64,000 nucleotides of DNA from Limnothrix sp. BL-A-16 (GCA_041937175.2 CP166615.1:2240001-2304000); one strand, 5' to 3'. Positions 10,119-23,309 are shown, counted from the first letter of the stretch. Notes: a model not told the origin generated them from the letters alone. Program-made: numbers and translations.

Positions 10119-10411
10119 CTAGGGCATGTCGTCAAATCGCCTGAAAACCTGATTCCATCGTGACGAGATCGTGGGGGGCAAGGGGCTTAAGCCCCTTGTC
10201 TAGGATGGTTAGGGTATGGAAGATCAACCGTTTTCACTGGATCTCAGAAAATGACAACGGGCCCTAGGGGGTGTCGTCAAATCGCCTAAAACCCTAGATC
10301 TGTCGTTAGCAGATCGTGGGGGCAAGGGGCTTCAGCCCCTTATCTGGGGTGGTTAGGTTATGGAAAATCAATCACTTGCACTTGATCTTAAGAAATGACA
10401 ACAGGCCCTAG
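10119..10411 (+). mobile_element. Tandem pair of MITE family B (10119-10267, 10264-10411)
   Basis: Two ~145-bp diverged copies, CTAG-GGNNTGTCGTCA ... TGACAACRGGCC-CTAG, sharing one CTAG; each carries the central palindrome. Confidence 0.85.
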
Positions 10412-10533
10412 GGTTTGGCATAATCCCGATCGACCCGAGGATCGGTGGACAGTGGCCGGCGATCGCTACGCGCTTTTCGAGGATCGTGTTGAAATAATGA
10501 TGGCCATTCTGTCGTTTTGATCCCGATCGCCCT

Positions 10534-12795
10534 ATGGGCCCAAATCCTACGCCGCCTCCGCCTCAACCCGCCAAAACCATCCTGGGCCGCCTCCGCCAAA
10601 CGGTGACCCAGCTTTCGCGGGTGCAATTGGCCCGGCTGAAGTTGGCGGCTCATGCCAACCCGCCCCGCATTGTGATCTATGAAGCGGGTAGCGAACCCCG
10701 AGACTATCCCCTGTTGGGGGACTACTACCTTTTGGGGCGATCGAGCAAGGCCAACGACATCCCCCTCAACAGCCCCGTGGTCAGCACCACCCACGCAGGC
10801 TTGCGGCGGGTTCCCAGTTTTTTGGGCAGCACCTTCGCCATTGAAGACCGAAACTCCACCAACGGCACATTCAGCGGCAAAAAACGGATCAATGGGCAAA
10901 TTTTGCGCCACCGGGAAATGGTTGTGCTGGGGCCGCCGGAGCTGGCGGACTCGGTGCGGCTGCAATATGTGGATCCGCCAACGCCCTTGGTGCAAGTCCT
11001 GCGCTATGGCCTTTCGGGATTAGCCGGGGCGATCGGGCTGGTGAGTTTGGCGGTGATTTGGCAATGGCAGGGCATTCAGATTTTGCCCCTGCCCCAGGCC
11101 CAGCGCGGCCCGGTGATTGTGGTGGCGGGGGATGGGCAACCGCTCCAGGCGATCGAGCGGCGGGCCCACCAGGAAGCCAAGAACCTGGGAGAATTTTCGC
11201 CCTACCTCAAAAAAGCATTGCTGGCTTCGGAGGATGCACGCTACTACTGGCACTTTGGCGTTGACCCGATCGGGATTTTGCGCGCCCTGGTGGTCAACGC
11301 ACGGGAAGGGGAATTGCAACAGGGAGCCAGCACCCTTTCCCAGCAACTGGCCCGCACCCTTTACCGGGATTATGTGGGGTCAGACAATTCCGCCGGTCGC
11401 AAAATCAAAGAGGCGATCGTGGCCCTGAAGCTGGAAAGTTTCTATGGCAAAGATCGGCTGCTGCTGGCCTACATGAACCAAGTGTTCTTGGGCGGCAACT
11501 TGGCCGGCTTTGAGGATGCCGCTCGGTTTTATTTTGAAAAATCCGCGCGGGATTTAGACCTGGGCGAAGCGGCGATGCTGGTGGGCATTTTGCCGGCCCC
11601 CAATCGCTGGAACCCGGCCCGCAATTACAAAACAGCGGTGCAACGGCGAGATTTGGTCTTGCAGCGGATGTTGGATCAAGGGGCTGTCACCCTGGAGGAG
11701 TTCAAGCGGGCCCGGCGATCGCGCGTGGAGGTGAGTCCCCGAGCACGGGAAATTTTGCGATCGACCCGTGCGCCCTACTTTTTTAACTACGTTTTTGAGG
11801 AATTGGAGCAGCTTTTTGGTTCCGGCGTGGCCCGCGAAGGCAATTTCTTAATTGAAACGCGCTTGAACTTAGCAGCCCAGGCCGAGGCCGATCGGGCCCT
11901 GCAACAGTTCATTGACAGCCAGGGCGGCCGGGCCGGGGTCAGTCAAGGGGCGATCGTGGCGATCGACCCAACCGACGGGGCCATTCTGGCCATGAGTGGC
12001 GGCCGCAGCTTTGAAGACAGCCAGTTTAACCGCGCCGCCAATGGCCTGCGCCAGCCCGGCTCCACCTTCAAACTGTTTGCCTATGCGGCCGCCCTGGAAA
12101 AAGGCATCAGCCCCAACACCGCCTACAGTTGCGCTCCCGTAAATTGGATGGGGCAACGGTTTCGGGGCTGTCGATCGGGCGGTGGTTCCTTGAACATGGT
12201 CAGCGGCGTGGCCCTGTCCGAAAACCCGATCGCCCTGCGGGTGGCCGAAGCGGTGGGGCTAGATGAGGTGATGGGTTTGGCCCAACGACTGGGAATTACC
12301 AGCCCTTTGCGCAAAACACCCGGCCTCGTGTTGGGGGAAAGCGAAGCCACTTTGCTGCAAATGACCGGGGCCTTTGCGGCTGTGGCGAACAATGGCCGCT
12401 TTAACCATGCCAAGGCGATCACCCGTGTCCTGGACACGAGCGATTGCACCGATCCGCAAAACCTGCAAACCTGCCGCGTCATGTACGATGCCCAGGCAGA
12501 TCAGCCCGGTGCTAACCAACCGGTGCTCTCGCCCCAAGTCGCCCAGACCATGACAGATCTGCTGCGGGGGGTTGTGGTGCAAGGAACGGGGCGATCGGCC
12601 GCCAATGTGCCCGGAGCCGTGGGCAAAACCGGCACAACGGACGACAGCGCCGACCTGTGGTTTATTGGCTATGTGCCTGGCCGCAACCTGACGGCCGGGG
12701 TTTGGTTGGGCAACGACACCCGCAAACCCACCAATGGCAACAGTGGCCAAGCGGCCGCGGTCTGGGGTAATTTCGTCAGCCGCCTGCTGCCATAA
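10534..12795 (+). CDS. FHA-domain class A penicillin-binding protein (PBP1A family)
   Basis: N-terminal FHA (LGRSS, VSTTHA, DRNSTNGT), one TM, transglycosylase (SEDARYYWHFGVD, GASTLSQQL), transpeptidase SxxK (GSTFK), SxN (SEN), KTG. Confidence 0.92.
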   Translation: MGPNPTPPPPQPAKTILGRLRQTVTQLSRVQLARLKLAAHANPPRIVIYEAGSEPRDYPLLGDYYLLGRSSKANDIPLNSPVVSTTHAGLRRVPSFLGSTFAIEDRNSTNGTFSGKKRINGQILRHREMVVLGPPELADSVRLQYVDPPTPLVQVLRYGLSGLAGAIGLVSLAVIWQWQGIQILPLPQAQRGPVIVVAGDGQPLQAIERRAHQEAKNLGEFSPYLKKALLASEDARYYWHFGVDPIGILRALVVNAREGELQQGASTLSQQLARTLYRDYVGSDNSAGRKIKEAIVALKLESFYGKDRLLLAYMNQVFLGGNLAGFEDAARFYFEKSARDLDLGEAAMLVGILPAPNRWNPARNYKTAVQRRDLVLQRMLDQGAVTLEEFKRARRSRVEVSPRAREILRSTRAPYFFNYVFEELEQLFGSGVAREGNFLIETRLNLAAQAEADRALQQFIDSQGGRAGVSQGAIVAIDPTDGAILAMSGGRSFEDSQFNRAANGLRQPGSTFKLFAYAAALEKGISPNTAYSCAPVNWMGQRFRGCRSGGGSLNMVSGVALSENPIALRVAEAVGLDEVMGLAQRLGITSPLRKTPGLVLGESEATLLQMTGAFAAVANNGRFNHAKAITRVLDTSDCTDPQNLQTCRVMYDAQADQPGANQPVLSPQVAQTMTDLLRGVVVQGTGRSAANVPGAVGKTGTTDDSADLWFIGYVPGRNLTAGVWLGNDTRKPTNGNSGQAAAVWGNFVSRLLP

Positions 12796-13173
12796 CTGAA
12801 CGAACCGCAAGGCTTGAGAGGGGATTTGTCGGTTTTTGTGGCAAACGGCAGCAATCGGACTGGGGAAATGGGACTTACCCGAGTCCTAGGGAGTTGTGCC
12901 ATTTCCCAAACTGTCCTTGAGTATTTTTCTGCGGGGGCTAGCCGCTCGCCACTCCATGGCCCATGAATCAAGGAATTCTGGGTGATTCGCCCGATCGAAC
13001 CGGGGATAGCGGTTGGGTGCGATCGGGGCGCTTCAGAAAGCGGTTGGTGGGGGTTTGAGCCAGGGAGCAGGGACAGGATAGGTTGAACCCAGAGTCAGTG
13101 AATTGGCTGAAGGTGGCTTGCCCGCCGTTCGTGCAATGGCTGGCCTCTGTTTTTCAACCGCTGTTGATCGCCC

Positions 13174-14055
13174 GTGACTGCCATGGCCACCCCCCTGTCT
13201 GCCCGTCCTTACCTTTCCGGTTTCGAGGCCCTGTCGGCCCAAGAACGCGCTCAATTGCACCCGGACGCGGTTCCTTTTCAGTTAGCGGCTGCTTTAACCT
13301 CGGCTAAGCAGACGACCAAGGGCCGATCGCGCGGGGTGGTGATTTGCCTCCATGGGTTCACTGCCATGCCCTATGGGGTGGGGCCTGTGGCCCGGGCGAT
13401 CGCTCAGCAAGGGTTGGATGTGGTTGCGCCCTTGCTGCCGGGCCATGGCTGGCGCGATCGCCCCGTTCAGGAACGGGAAATTGCAAAAATCACGCCCGAT
13501 CGATTGTTGGCGGCGGCCCGCGATGAAGTGCGCCGGGCACGGGAACAATATGACTTTGTGGCCATGTATGGCGATTCCATGGGCGGGGCGATCGCTCTGA
13601 CTTTGGCGGCGGAAGGTTTGCTCGATGCCTGTGCGGTGACGGCTCCGGCGCTGCAACTGCCCTTTCGAGGGGCCGTCTTGGCACGCTATTTGGGTTGGCT
13701 GAATTTTTCAATTCCCAAGCGCCTGAATCGCCGGTTCTATGCCCCCTGCTATGAATTTGAAAATGCGCGGGCGGGGCGGGTGCTCTGGCGCTTGTCGCAA
13801 CGGGCCAAGGCGGGACTGGAGCGGATCACCTGTCCGGTGTTTGTGGCCCATTCCCACGCCGATCGAACCATTGCTTACCAGGCGGCGGAATGGGTGCGCG
13901 ATCGGGTAGCGGGCCCGGTGGAATTGCAATGGTTTGATCGATCGGGCCATGTGTTGCCCCTGGATGTGGAGGGGCCAGCGGTGGCAACGGCCATTTCAAA
14001 ATTCTTTCATCAGCAATTTTTTCGCCCCCTCGAAAACCCACCCCCCAATCCCTAG
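13174..14055 (+). CDS. Alpha/beta hydrolase (carboxylesterase-like)
   Basis: LHGFT oxyanion motif, LPGHG, GDSMGG nucleophile elbow, C-terminal D..SGH; start may be ATG 13183. Confidence 0.88.
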   Translation: MTAMATPLSARPYLSGFEALSAQERAQLHPDAVPFQLAAALTSAKQTTKGRSRGVVICLHGFTAMPYGVGPVARAIAQQGLDVVAPLLPGHGWRDRPVQEREIAKITPDRLLAAARDEVRRAREQYDFVAMYGDSMGGAIALTLAAEGLLDACAVTAPALQLPFRGAVLARYLGWLNFSIPKRLNRRFYAPCYEFENARAGRVLWRLSQRAKAGLERITCPVFVAHSHADRTIAYQAAEWVRDRVAGPVELQWFDRSGHVLPLDVEGPAVATAISKFFHQQFFRPLENPPPNP

Positions 14056-14194
14056 CGACCGCCCAACCCAAACAGATTGAGTCGAAATCCCCATTGAGCG
14101 ATCGGCCTTGGTCTGGCGGGCCGGAGACCACCGCCATTGATTTTGCTTTTAGCTAGCTGCAATGAATTCGTGCTTTGGGAAATGGTTGGCCAAC

Positions 14195-15259
14195 CTATTG
14201 CATGGATTGCAAATTAATCCTTGGATCCACAAATTTCAGCAACAAATCTGCTAACAAATTCCCCAAAATCAACATCACCGCCCCCATCATCAAACTCGCC
14301 ATCGTTAAGTACAGATCTTGGACTTGAACCGCTTGCAAAATCAGCCGACCCAAGCCAGGCCAGTTGAAGAAATATTCCGTGATGAACGCACCGCCCAACA
14401 GGCTAGAAAATTCAAAGCCCAAGAGCGTAATCAACGGATTCACCGCATTACGCAGCGCATGGACATAAATCACGCGGTCTTCGGGTAATCCCTTGGCTCG
14501 GGCAGTGCGGATATAGTCTTGGCGCAACACATCCAGCAGTTGGCCGCGCATCAACCGCTGCAAACCAGCAAAACCCGTGATGCTGAGGGCAATGGTGGGC
14601 AAGATGGAATGCCAACCAATATCTAAAAGTTGCCCGATCGGGGACAGTTCACTGAAATTCAGGCTGGTCATGCCCCCCACGGGCAACAGGGGCGAGAGAT
14701 TTTGGGCCACAAACAGCAACAGCAGGGCCGTGATGAAGCTGGGGAACCCTTGCCCCAAGTAGCTGATCACCTGCAAGGCGCGATCGACCCAGCGGTTGTG
14801 GCGAATGGCGGCCACAATCCCAAGGGGCAGGGCGATCGCCCAGGTGGCCAGCAGCGATAGCACCGCCATATAGAGAGTGGCGGGAATTCGTTCCGCCAGC
14901 AGGGATGTGACCGATCGCTGATACACAAAACTCGTGCCAAAGTTCCCCTGAGACACCACTTGCCCGAGCCAGCGCAAATATTGCTCCAGGGCGGGGCGAT
15001 CGAGGCCAAATTGCTTGGTATAGAGAGCGAGGGTGTCGCGGCTGATTTGCGGATTTTGGGCGATCGTGTCCAAATAGCTGCCGGGAGCCAGATCCACAAT
15101 CAAAAAGCACAGGGCCGAAGCCAACAGCAAGGTTAAGAGGGCTTGCAACGTACGCTTGAGAATGTAGGTGCTGGTGTCTCCTGTAGCGATCGCCCAAAGT
15201 CGCTGAAGCAACTGTGCGAGGTAATCGTCTGGTTGTGAAACCCGCTTTGAAACCGGCAT
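14195..15259 (-). CDS. Peptide/nickel ABC transporter permease (OppB/DppB family)
   Basis: GNFGTS, DYIRTARAKGL..HALRNA, ITEYFFNWPGLG motifs; start chosen at ATG 15259. Confidence 0.9.
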   Translation of the reverse strand: MPVSKRVSQPDDYLAQLLQRLWAIATGDTSTYILKRTLQALLTLLLASALCFLIVDLAPGSYLDTIAQNPQISRDTLALYTKQFGLDRPALEQYLRWLGQVVSQGNFGTSFVYQRSVTSLLAERIPATLYMAVLSLLATWAIALPLGIVAAIRHNRWVDRALQVISYLGQGFPSFITALLLLFVAQNLSPLLPVGGMTSLNFSELSPIGQLLDIGWHSILPTIALSITGFAGLQRLMRGQLLDVLRQDYIRTARAKGLPEDRVIYVHALRNAVNPLITLLGFEFSSLLGGAFITEYFFNWPGLGRLILQAVQVQDLYLTMASLMMGAVMLILGNLLADLLLKFVDPRINLQSMQ

Positions 15260-15490
15260 GGCATTTTGGGTTGGATTGGCCCCGTGGCATAGTCCCAATC
15301 AAGACTCGACGGGGGCGGGCCCTGGGGCCCGCCCCGATCGCTGTCAATCGATGGTCTGGACAACAGGATACCCAAGAATCAACGAATCCGTCCTCTGCTT
15401 GGGGCTGCTTGGGGCTGGGAGTCCATGGGCATCTTCCAAAGACCCAACTCCGGCGGAATCAGCGCTTCTGGCAGACCAGCGCAAAACAAT

Positions 15491-15518
15491 TTGCAAATTG
15501 CGGCATTGCTGCTAATAT
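15491..15518 (+). promoter_or_regulatory. Sigma70-type promoter of tRNA-Ser
   Basis: TTGCAA-16 nt-TAATAT, ending 15 nt upstream of the tRNA. Confidence 0.5.
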
Positions 15519-15533
15519 TAACCTCGCTTACCT

Positions 15534-15620
15534 GGAGAGGTGGCAGAGCGGTTGAATGCGCTTGACTCGAAATCAAGTTTGGCGGCAACGTCAACGGGGG
15601 TTCGAATCCCCCCCTCTCCG
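15534..15620 (+). tRNA. trnS: tRNA-Ser(CGA)
   Basis: Acceptor GGAGAGG/CCTCTCC+G, anticodon arm CTTGA-CTCGAAA-TCAAG, long variable arm, GGTTCGAATCC T-loop; CCA not encoded. Confidence 0.96.
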
Positions 15621-15631
15621 TCGGAGACAGG

Positions 15632-15668
15632 AAACGATCGCAAATCAAGACCGAGCGATCGTTTTTTT
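15632..15668 (+). terminator. Intrinsic terminator after tRNA-Ser
   Basis: AAACGATCGC/GCGATCGTTT stem followed by a T7 run. Confidence 0.7.
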
Positions 15669-15725
15669 GTCGATTCACAATTTTGCAACCTAGTTCTGTG
15701 CGGCAACCAGGGGCCGTATCGAAAG

Positions 15726-16898
15726 CTAGTGGGCCATCACTTGGTTGTGTTGATGGCGCTGGAGGGCGGCGAGCACCTTGGCCGGAGTGACCGGCTTGCT
15801 GACAAAACTACTTGCGCCCGAAAGCTTGGCCCTTGCCCGATCGAACAGGCCATCCGCACTCGTTAGCATCACAATCGATGTGTGGCTGAGCTGTTGCACG
15901 CGCCGCAACTGAGCACAAAGCTCATGCCCATTAATCACCGGCATCACCACATCCAAAAACACCACATCGGGCTTGGCTTCAATTACCTTGGGCAGGGCCG
16001 CCAAGGGTTCAAAACAACCTAAAAACTGGTGACCATTCCCAATCACTATTTTTTCGATCCTTTCGCAAATTTTGGGATCGTCATCCACACAAGCCACCTT
16101 TAGGGAAAAACTAGCCTGCGGCGCTTGGTGGCTCATTTCCAAGTCCGGTAACTCAATCACGGCTAACTGTTTGCGTTGCCAAAGGAGCTGAAATACCTTG
16201 AGCACGCCCCCCAAGTTGGCATAGTTAGGATCCAGCTTGGCCACAATGTCCCAGAAGGTGCGCTTGCCATCCAACAGGGGAGCCAGGGTCATGGTGGTGG
16301 AGGTATCGGCGGCGGTTTCATTGCCCGGGAGATAAATCCAGCCCCGATCGGCCCAAAGCGGATTGAAGGGCAATCGTTGCCAATGGCGCTGTAGGTTGTA
16401 GGAGCGGGTGAGGGCTTCGCCCATCAAGGAAGAGGAAAGGGACAAGTTAGGGTGAATGGGATCGATCGGTTGGGCAATCCACTGAAAACGCGCTGAGGGT
16501 TGGTCAACCACAAAAAACACCTCGATCGCCACCTGCATGACGATCGCTTGGGCCCGTTCGATCGTCAACAGTTCCTCTGCCAACGCCTGCTCTAGGCAAC
16601 GCACTTCCCAAAGGGGATCACTCAAATTCTGCTTCGTGGCTGCCACCAGCCCATTCCATCCCTCACGCGCCTGCGACTCCGTGCGCAGCTTGATCGCCCG
16701 CTGCAACCGTCGCAGCCGATGGCGATTGCCCGTACACCAAGCCAGCCGCCCGCGATAGAGCCAAATTTGCCAACGATAGTGATCCACCTCCACATTTAGG
16801 TAACCCGTTGCCTGTTGTCGATAGGCCAGCAGTAGAAATGAACGCAATTGCGAGTCATGGAAGTTTTCTGGCATGGCCTTGAGGAAGTTTTCTGGCAT
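15726..16898 (-). CDS. PatA-type response regulator (PATAN/DUF4388 + receiver)
   Basis: N-terminal PATAN-like region (WQIWLYRGRLAW), C-terminal REC (CVDDD, FLDVVMP, LTS, KP); start ambiguous (16898 or 16874) because of a 24-bp duplication. Confidence 0.85.
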   Translation of the reverse strand: MPENFLKAMPENFHDSQLRSFLLLAYRQQATGYLNVEVDHYRWQIWLYRGRLAWCTGNRHRLRRLQRAIKLRTESQAREGWNGLVAATKQNLSDPLWEVRCLEQALAEELLTIERAQAIVMQVAIEVFFVVDQPSARFQWIAQPIDPIHPNLSLSSSLMGEALTRSYNLQRHWQRLPFNPLWADRGWIYLPGNETAADTSTTMTLAPLLDGKRTFWDIVAKLDPNYANLGGVLKVFQLLWQRKQLAVIELPDLEMSHQAPQASFSLKVACVDDDPKICERIEKIVIGNGHQFLGCFEPLAALPKVIEAKPDVVFLDVVMPVINGHELCAQLRRVQQLSHTSIVMLTSADGLFDRARAKLSGASSFVSKPVTPAKVLAALQRHQHNQVMAH

Positions 16899-17945
16899 GG
16901 CCCTGAGGGATCAATCTCCAACTTAGTGAATACGGAAACCCCGCTGGCAAGCTTTTTAGTGAGTACTCTTATAAAAACACTGAAATTATCAAACGAAAAT
17001 GATCAAATAATGATCATTTCACAACATTCGAGAATTTTCTAGCCTGCCCTAGGAATTAGTCTGAACAGCTTTGAATTAGCTCTGTGAATTAGCCCCATTT
17101 TGGCTGATCCTCTTCTTTCAATTGGTACAATCTGGCTCACGGCGCTGGGCAATCTTACACAACCCATCCATGAATTTCGTTATGACTCAGATCTTGGTTT
17201 TGATCATACTCATAATGAGTTGTCGATCGTGATTGACAACATCTCCAGAGATCGCCGCTACAATAGTCAGTAACTGGCAAAGCAGAAGACTAAGTTAGTC
17301 ATGAAAGCCATCAACAACACTGCCCCAATCCCAGGTTTCAGTCCTAAACCTCAGCCAGATCATTTCAGCCAGTTCTGGATCATGCTGGTTTGTTTAGGCT
17401 GAATGATTGCGTTACTCATGGTGTTTATCAACCCAACAACAATGCTCAATTGGGCAACTGGCTTGTGGGTAACCAATGACTAATCAACCTTTGCACTCCC
17501 TGATTTTTTGCGCCGAATCCGTTACCAGTTCCCTATCAACCTTGGAGGTTGTCTCTCAAAAATTCCAGCCCTTGAGGTTAATTGTCTGGTGGCTAGTTGG
17601 CTTCAGGGGAAAAAGCACAGCCCAGGAAAATTCCTCGCGGTCACTGAGTATTTTGGAGAATAAATCTCATGAGCGATCGGTGCGCTGGTACGACTCATCC
17701 CATCCTAGAGCAAAATGCTAAACGGCTGTCATGCCAACCATTGTTTTGAAAAGAGCGGGTTTTCAACGAATTCCGCCCTAAAATCGCCAAATTCGCTCAA
17801 TCATGCCCCTAAATCAACGTTGCGTCAAATGAATTTTTCGTTTGAACCTTGCGTTGATGCTATGGAGTGTAATGGAACGGTGGCGGTATGACCTGCGTGA
17901 TTTTACTGGGAAATTTTCCACCAAGAAATTTTGGGTAACAGAACA

Positions 17946-18311
17946 ATGCAACTAAAACGCTTAGGACATGTGGCAATTTGTGTGCAGGATATTGCCAAGG
18001 CCGTGGAATTCTACAAGGACTTGGGAATGGAGTTGGCCTGGCAAGATCAAGATTGGGCCTATCTGAAGGCGGGTGAAGACGGGTTGGCGCTCTTGAGTCC
18101 GGAATATGACCAAGCGGGGCCACACTTTGGTTTCATTTTTGACCAACGGGCTGAGATGGAAGCAGCTTACGAGGAGTTGCAAGGGAAGGGGGTTTATGTG
18201 ACCAAGGTGCATGAGCACCGAGACGGCACGGCTTCGTTTTATGGTCGTGACTTGGATGGCAACTGGTTTGAGTATCTCTATGAGCCAGCGCCAGTGCCAG
18301 CGGCAGTTTAG
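17946..18311 (+). CDS. VOC/glyoxalase family protein
   Basis: LGHVAICVQD, PHFGF, FYGRDLDGNWFE; ATG at 17946. Confidence 0.9.
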   Translation: MQLKRLGHVAICVQDIAKAVEFYKDLGMELAWQDQDWAYLKAGEDGLALLSPEYDQAGPHFGFIFDQRAEMEAAYEELQGKGVYVTKVHEHRDGTASFYGRDLDGNWFEYLYEPAPVPAAV

Positions 18312-18524
18312 TTTGCGGGTTGCGCGATCGTGATGGCTGCGGGGGAGATGGGCGTTGTGTTGAACCTGTCCATCTCCCCCGTGTCTCTAGTTGCGCGATC
18401 GGGGCGGGGTTCCCGTAACTTGAAAGCTCAAAAATTTGGACAGCGGCAAATTTAAGCTACTTTGAAGCTACTTTAAGGTGCTGCTTGAAAGACGCTTTAA
18501 GCCTGATACTGACTGACATTTGAA

Positions 18525-18596
18525 AGCCGGTGAGGGGATTTGAACCCCTGACCGCTCGATTACGAATCGAGTGCTCTACCACTGAGCTACACCGGC
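18525..18596 (-). tRNA. trnT: tRNA-Thr(CGT)
   Basis: Revcomp GCCGGTGTAGCTCAGTGGTAGAGCACTCGATTCGTAATCGAGCGGTCAGGGGTTCAAATCCCCTCACCGGCT; TGcTATACT extended -10 upstream. Confidence 0.96.
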
Positions 18597-18891
18597 TTGC
18601 CCCAAAAGGCGCTTAAAGAGTATAGCAGCATTGGCCCAAATGGCTACAAATCGCAAGAAGAATTTTTCTGGTTTCCCAGGGCGCTGGTTGCAACTGTCGT
18701 GGTGAACCGGGCGATCGCCCGATAAATGACTCCCGATCGCCCGAAATGCGGCATTGGCCCCAATTTATCCGACAATTAAGCACTGCCTTTTCCATGAACT
18801 TTTTGAACTCCCTGTTGCAACTCAGCGGGGAGGGTTAGGCAGTGGGCTGATGGCGATTTTGTTCTATTAAGTCGGGGGTGATGAGGCGCTC

Positions 18892-22212
<3,321 letters not shown>

Positions 22213-22591
22213 ATCTCAAAGTCCCAGTCAAAACAATAGCGCCACCCATACGGGCAGCGCTCTTGTTCAAATCTAGGGCGGGATTATATGAATAATTCCC
22301 TGCTTGCCCGAGAGCGAAGTCTATTGGTGAAGGGTCTTTAAACAGTACGAGCTAGACCCCATTGAGCTAGTACCTAACGGGGCAAAATCCCCACGGGTTG
22401 AATGAACAAGGGCCTTTATTTGGGTGACCCCTTTTTATCTGGAAACCAGTTTTCCATGAAGTGGGGTCGCTGGGGAAGTTCCTCAACTTTTCTTTAAAAT
22501 TCCCTAAACCACCCTCGGGGCAACCCCTTCAGCCCGGCGGGTTTCCCGAAATTCAGACCACTGGTATCAATTTTGTCTTCATCTAAATCGC

Positions 22592-22620
22592 AAAAAGCCT
22601 GCCCTGAGGGAAGAGCAGGC
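22592..22620 (-). terminator. Probable terminator for the terB-like gene
   Basis: AAAAA-GCCTGC...GCAGGC hairpin with U-tract on the minus strand. Confidence 0.55.
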
Positions 22621-22688
22621 CCGGTTCATCCAGTTTTGCGGGGCAGGGGTTGAGATGAGTTGGAGAGCTAGCTGAGGGGAACCAATCC

Positions 22689-22836
22689 CTAGGGTCTGTC
22701 GCCATTTCCTAGGATCAGGCGGAAATGATCGATTTTCCATGTCCCAGCCGTTGTAACAAGGGGCTTAAGCCCCTTGTCCCCCACGATCTGCCAACGGTGG
22801 AATCAGGGTTTCAGGCGATTCGACGACAAGCTCTAG
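22689..22836 (-). mobile_element. MITE family B, full-length, inserted at a stop codon
   Basis: CTAG-GGTCTGTCGCCA ... CGACGACAAGCT-CTAG; reverse-complement similarity to the 10119/10264 copies; palindrome at 22757-22776; right CTAG contains the TAG stop of the adjacent gene. Confidence 0.85.
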
Positions 22837-23309
22837 GCTTCTTCTTCCTCCTCGTCGTCCTCAAAGTCCTCTTCATCGCTGAAGAGGGCCTCGACAATTT
22901 CATTGGCGCGATCGTCAGAAACGCCCAGCGCCGTTTGCAGCTCGTTCAAGTAGTCTTCTTCCGATTCGGGGACTTCGCCATCGGCGGCCACGATCAGAAT
23001 GGCGGTGATTAGGGCAATTTCTGCCAAATCTTCATTTTGGGTGACCACTGCCAAGGCACTGCCCAGGAGGGTCTGCACATCGGAGGCTTCCGAGGCTGCA
23101 ACCACTTTATCGACTATCTCGACGAGTTCGTCATCGGAATAGTCTTCAAACAGTTCAAATTCCGCTGCAACATCGGCCAGCAGTTCGGCCTCGATGTCTT
23201 CAACGGACTCATCAACGATCATGGTGATTAACCCGATCGCAATGATTGCCTCTTCAGGTGTTAAATCAATCAGATCGGAATCCGCTTTCGCAGGCAGATG
23301 ACGAGGCAT
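22833..23309 (-). CDS. TerB-family (tellurite resistance-like) acidic protein
   Basis: Two 'D..V...E' helical-hairpin motifs (VDESVEDIE, ADGEVPESE), very acidic. Confidence 0.75.
   Translation of the reverse strand: MPRHLPAKADSDLIDLTPEEAIIAIGLITMIVDESVEDIEAELLADVAAEFELFEDYSDDELVEIVDKVVAASEASDVQTLLGSALAVVTQNEDLAEIALITAILIVAADGEVPESEEDYLNELQTALGVSDDRANEIVEALFSDEEDFEDDEEEEEA

Noticed and set aside
15534..18596. Possible genomic island between two convergent tRNA genes
   Set aside because: No integrase and no duplicated tRNA 3' end seen; the enclosed genes are ordinary cyanobacterial types.
22725..23012. Short ORFs sharing the peptide NKGLKPLVPHD (also 7587-7859)
   Set aside because: Chance translation through copies of the family-B MITE; frames are not conserved outside the repeat.
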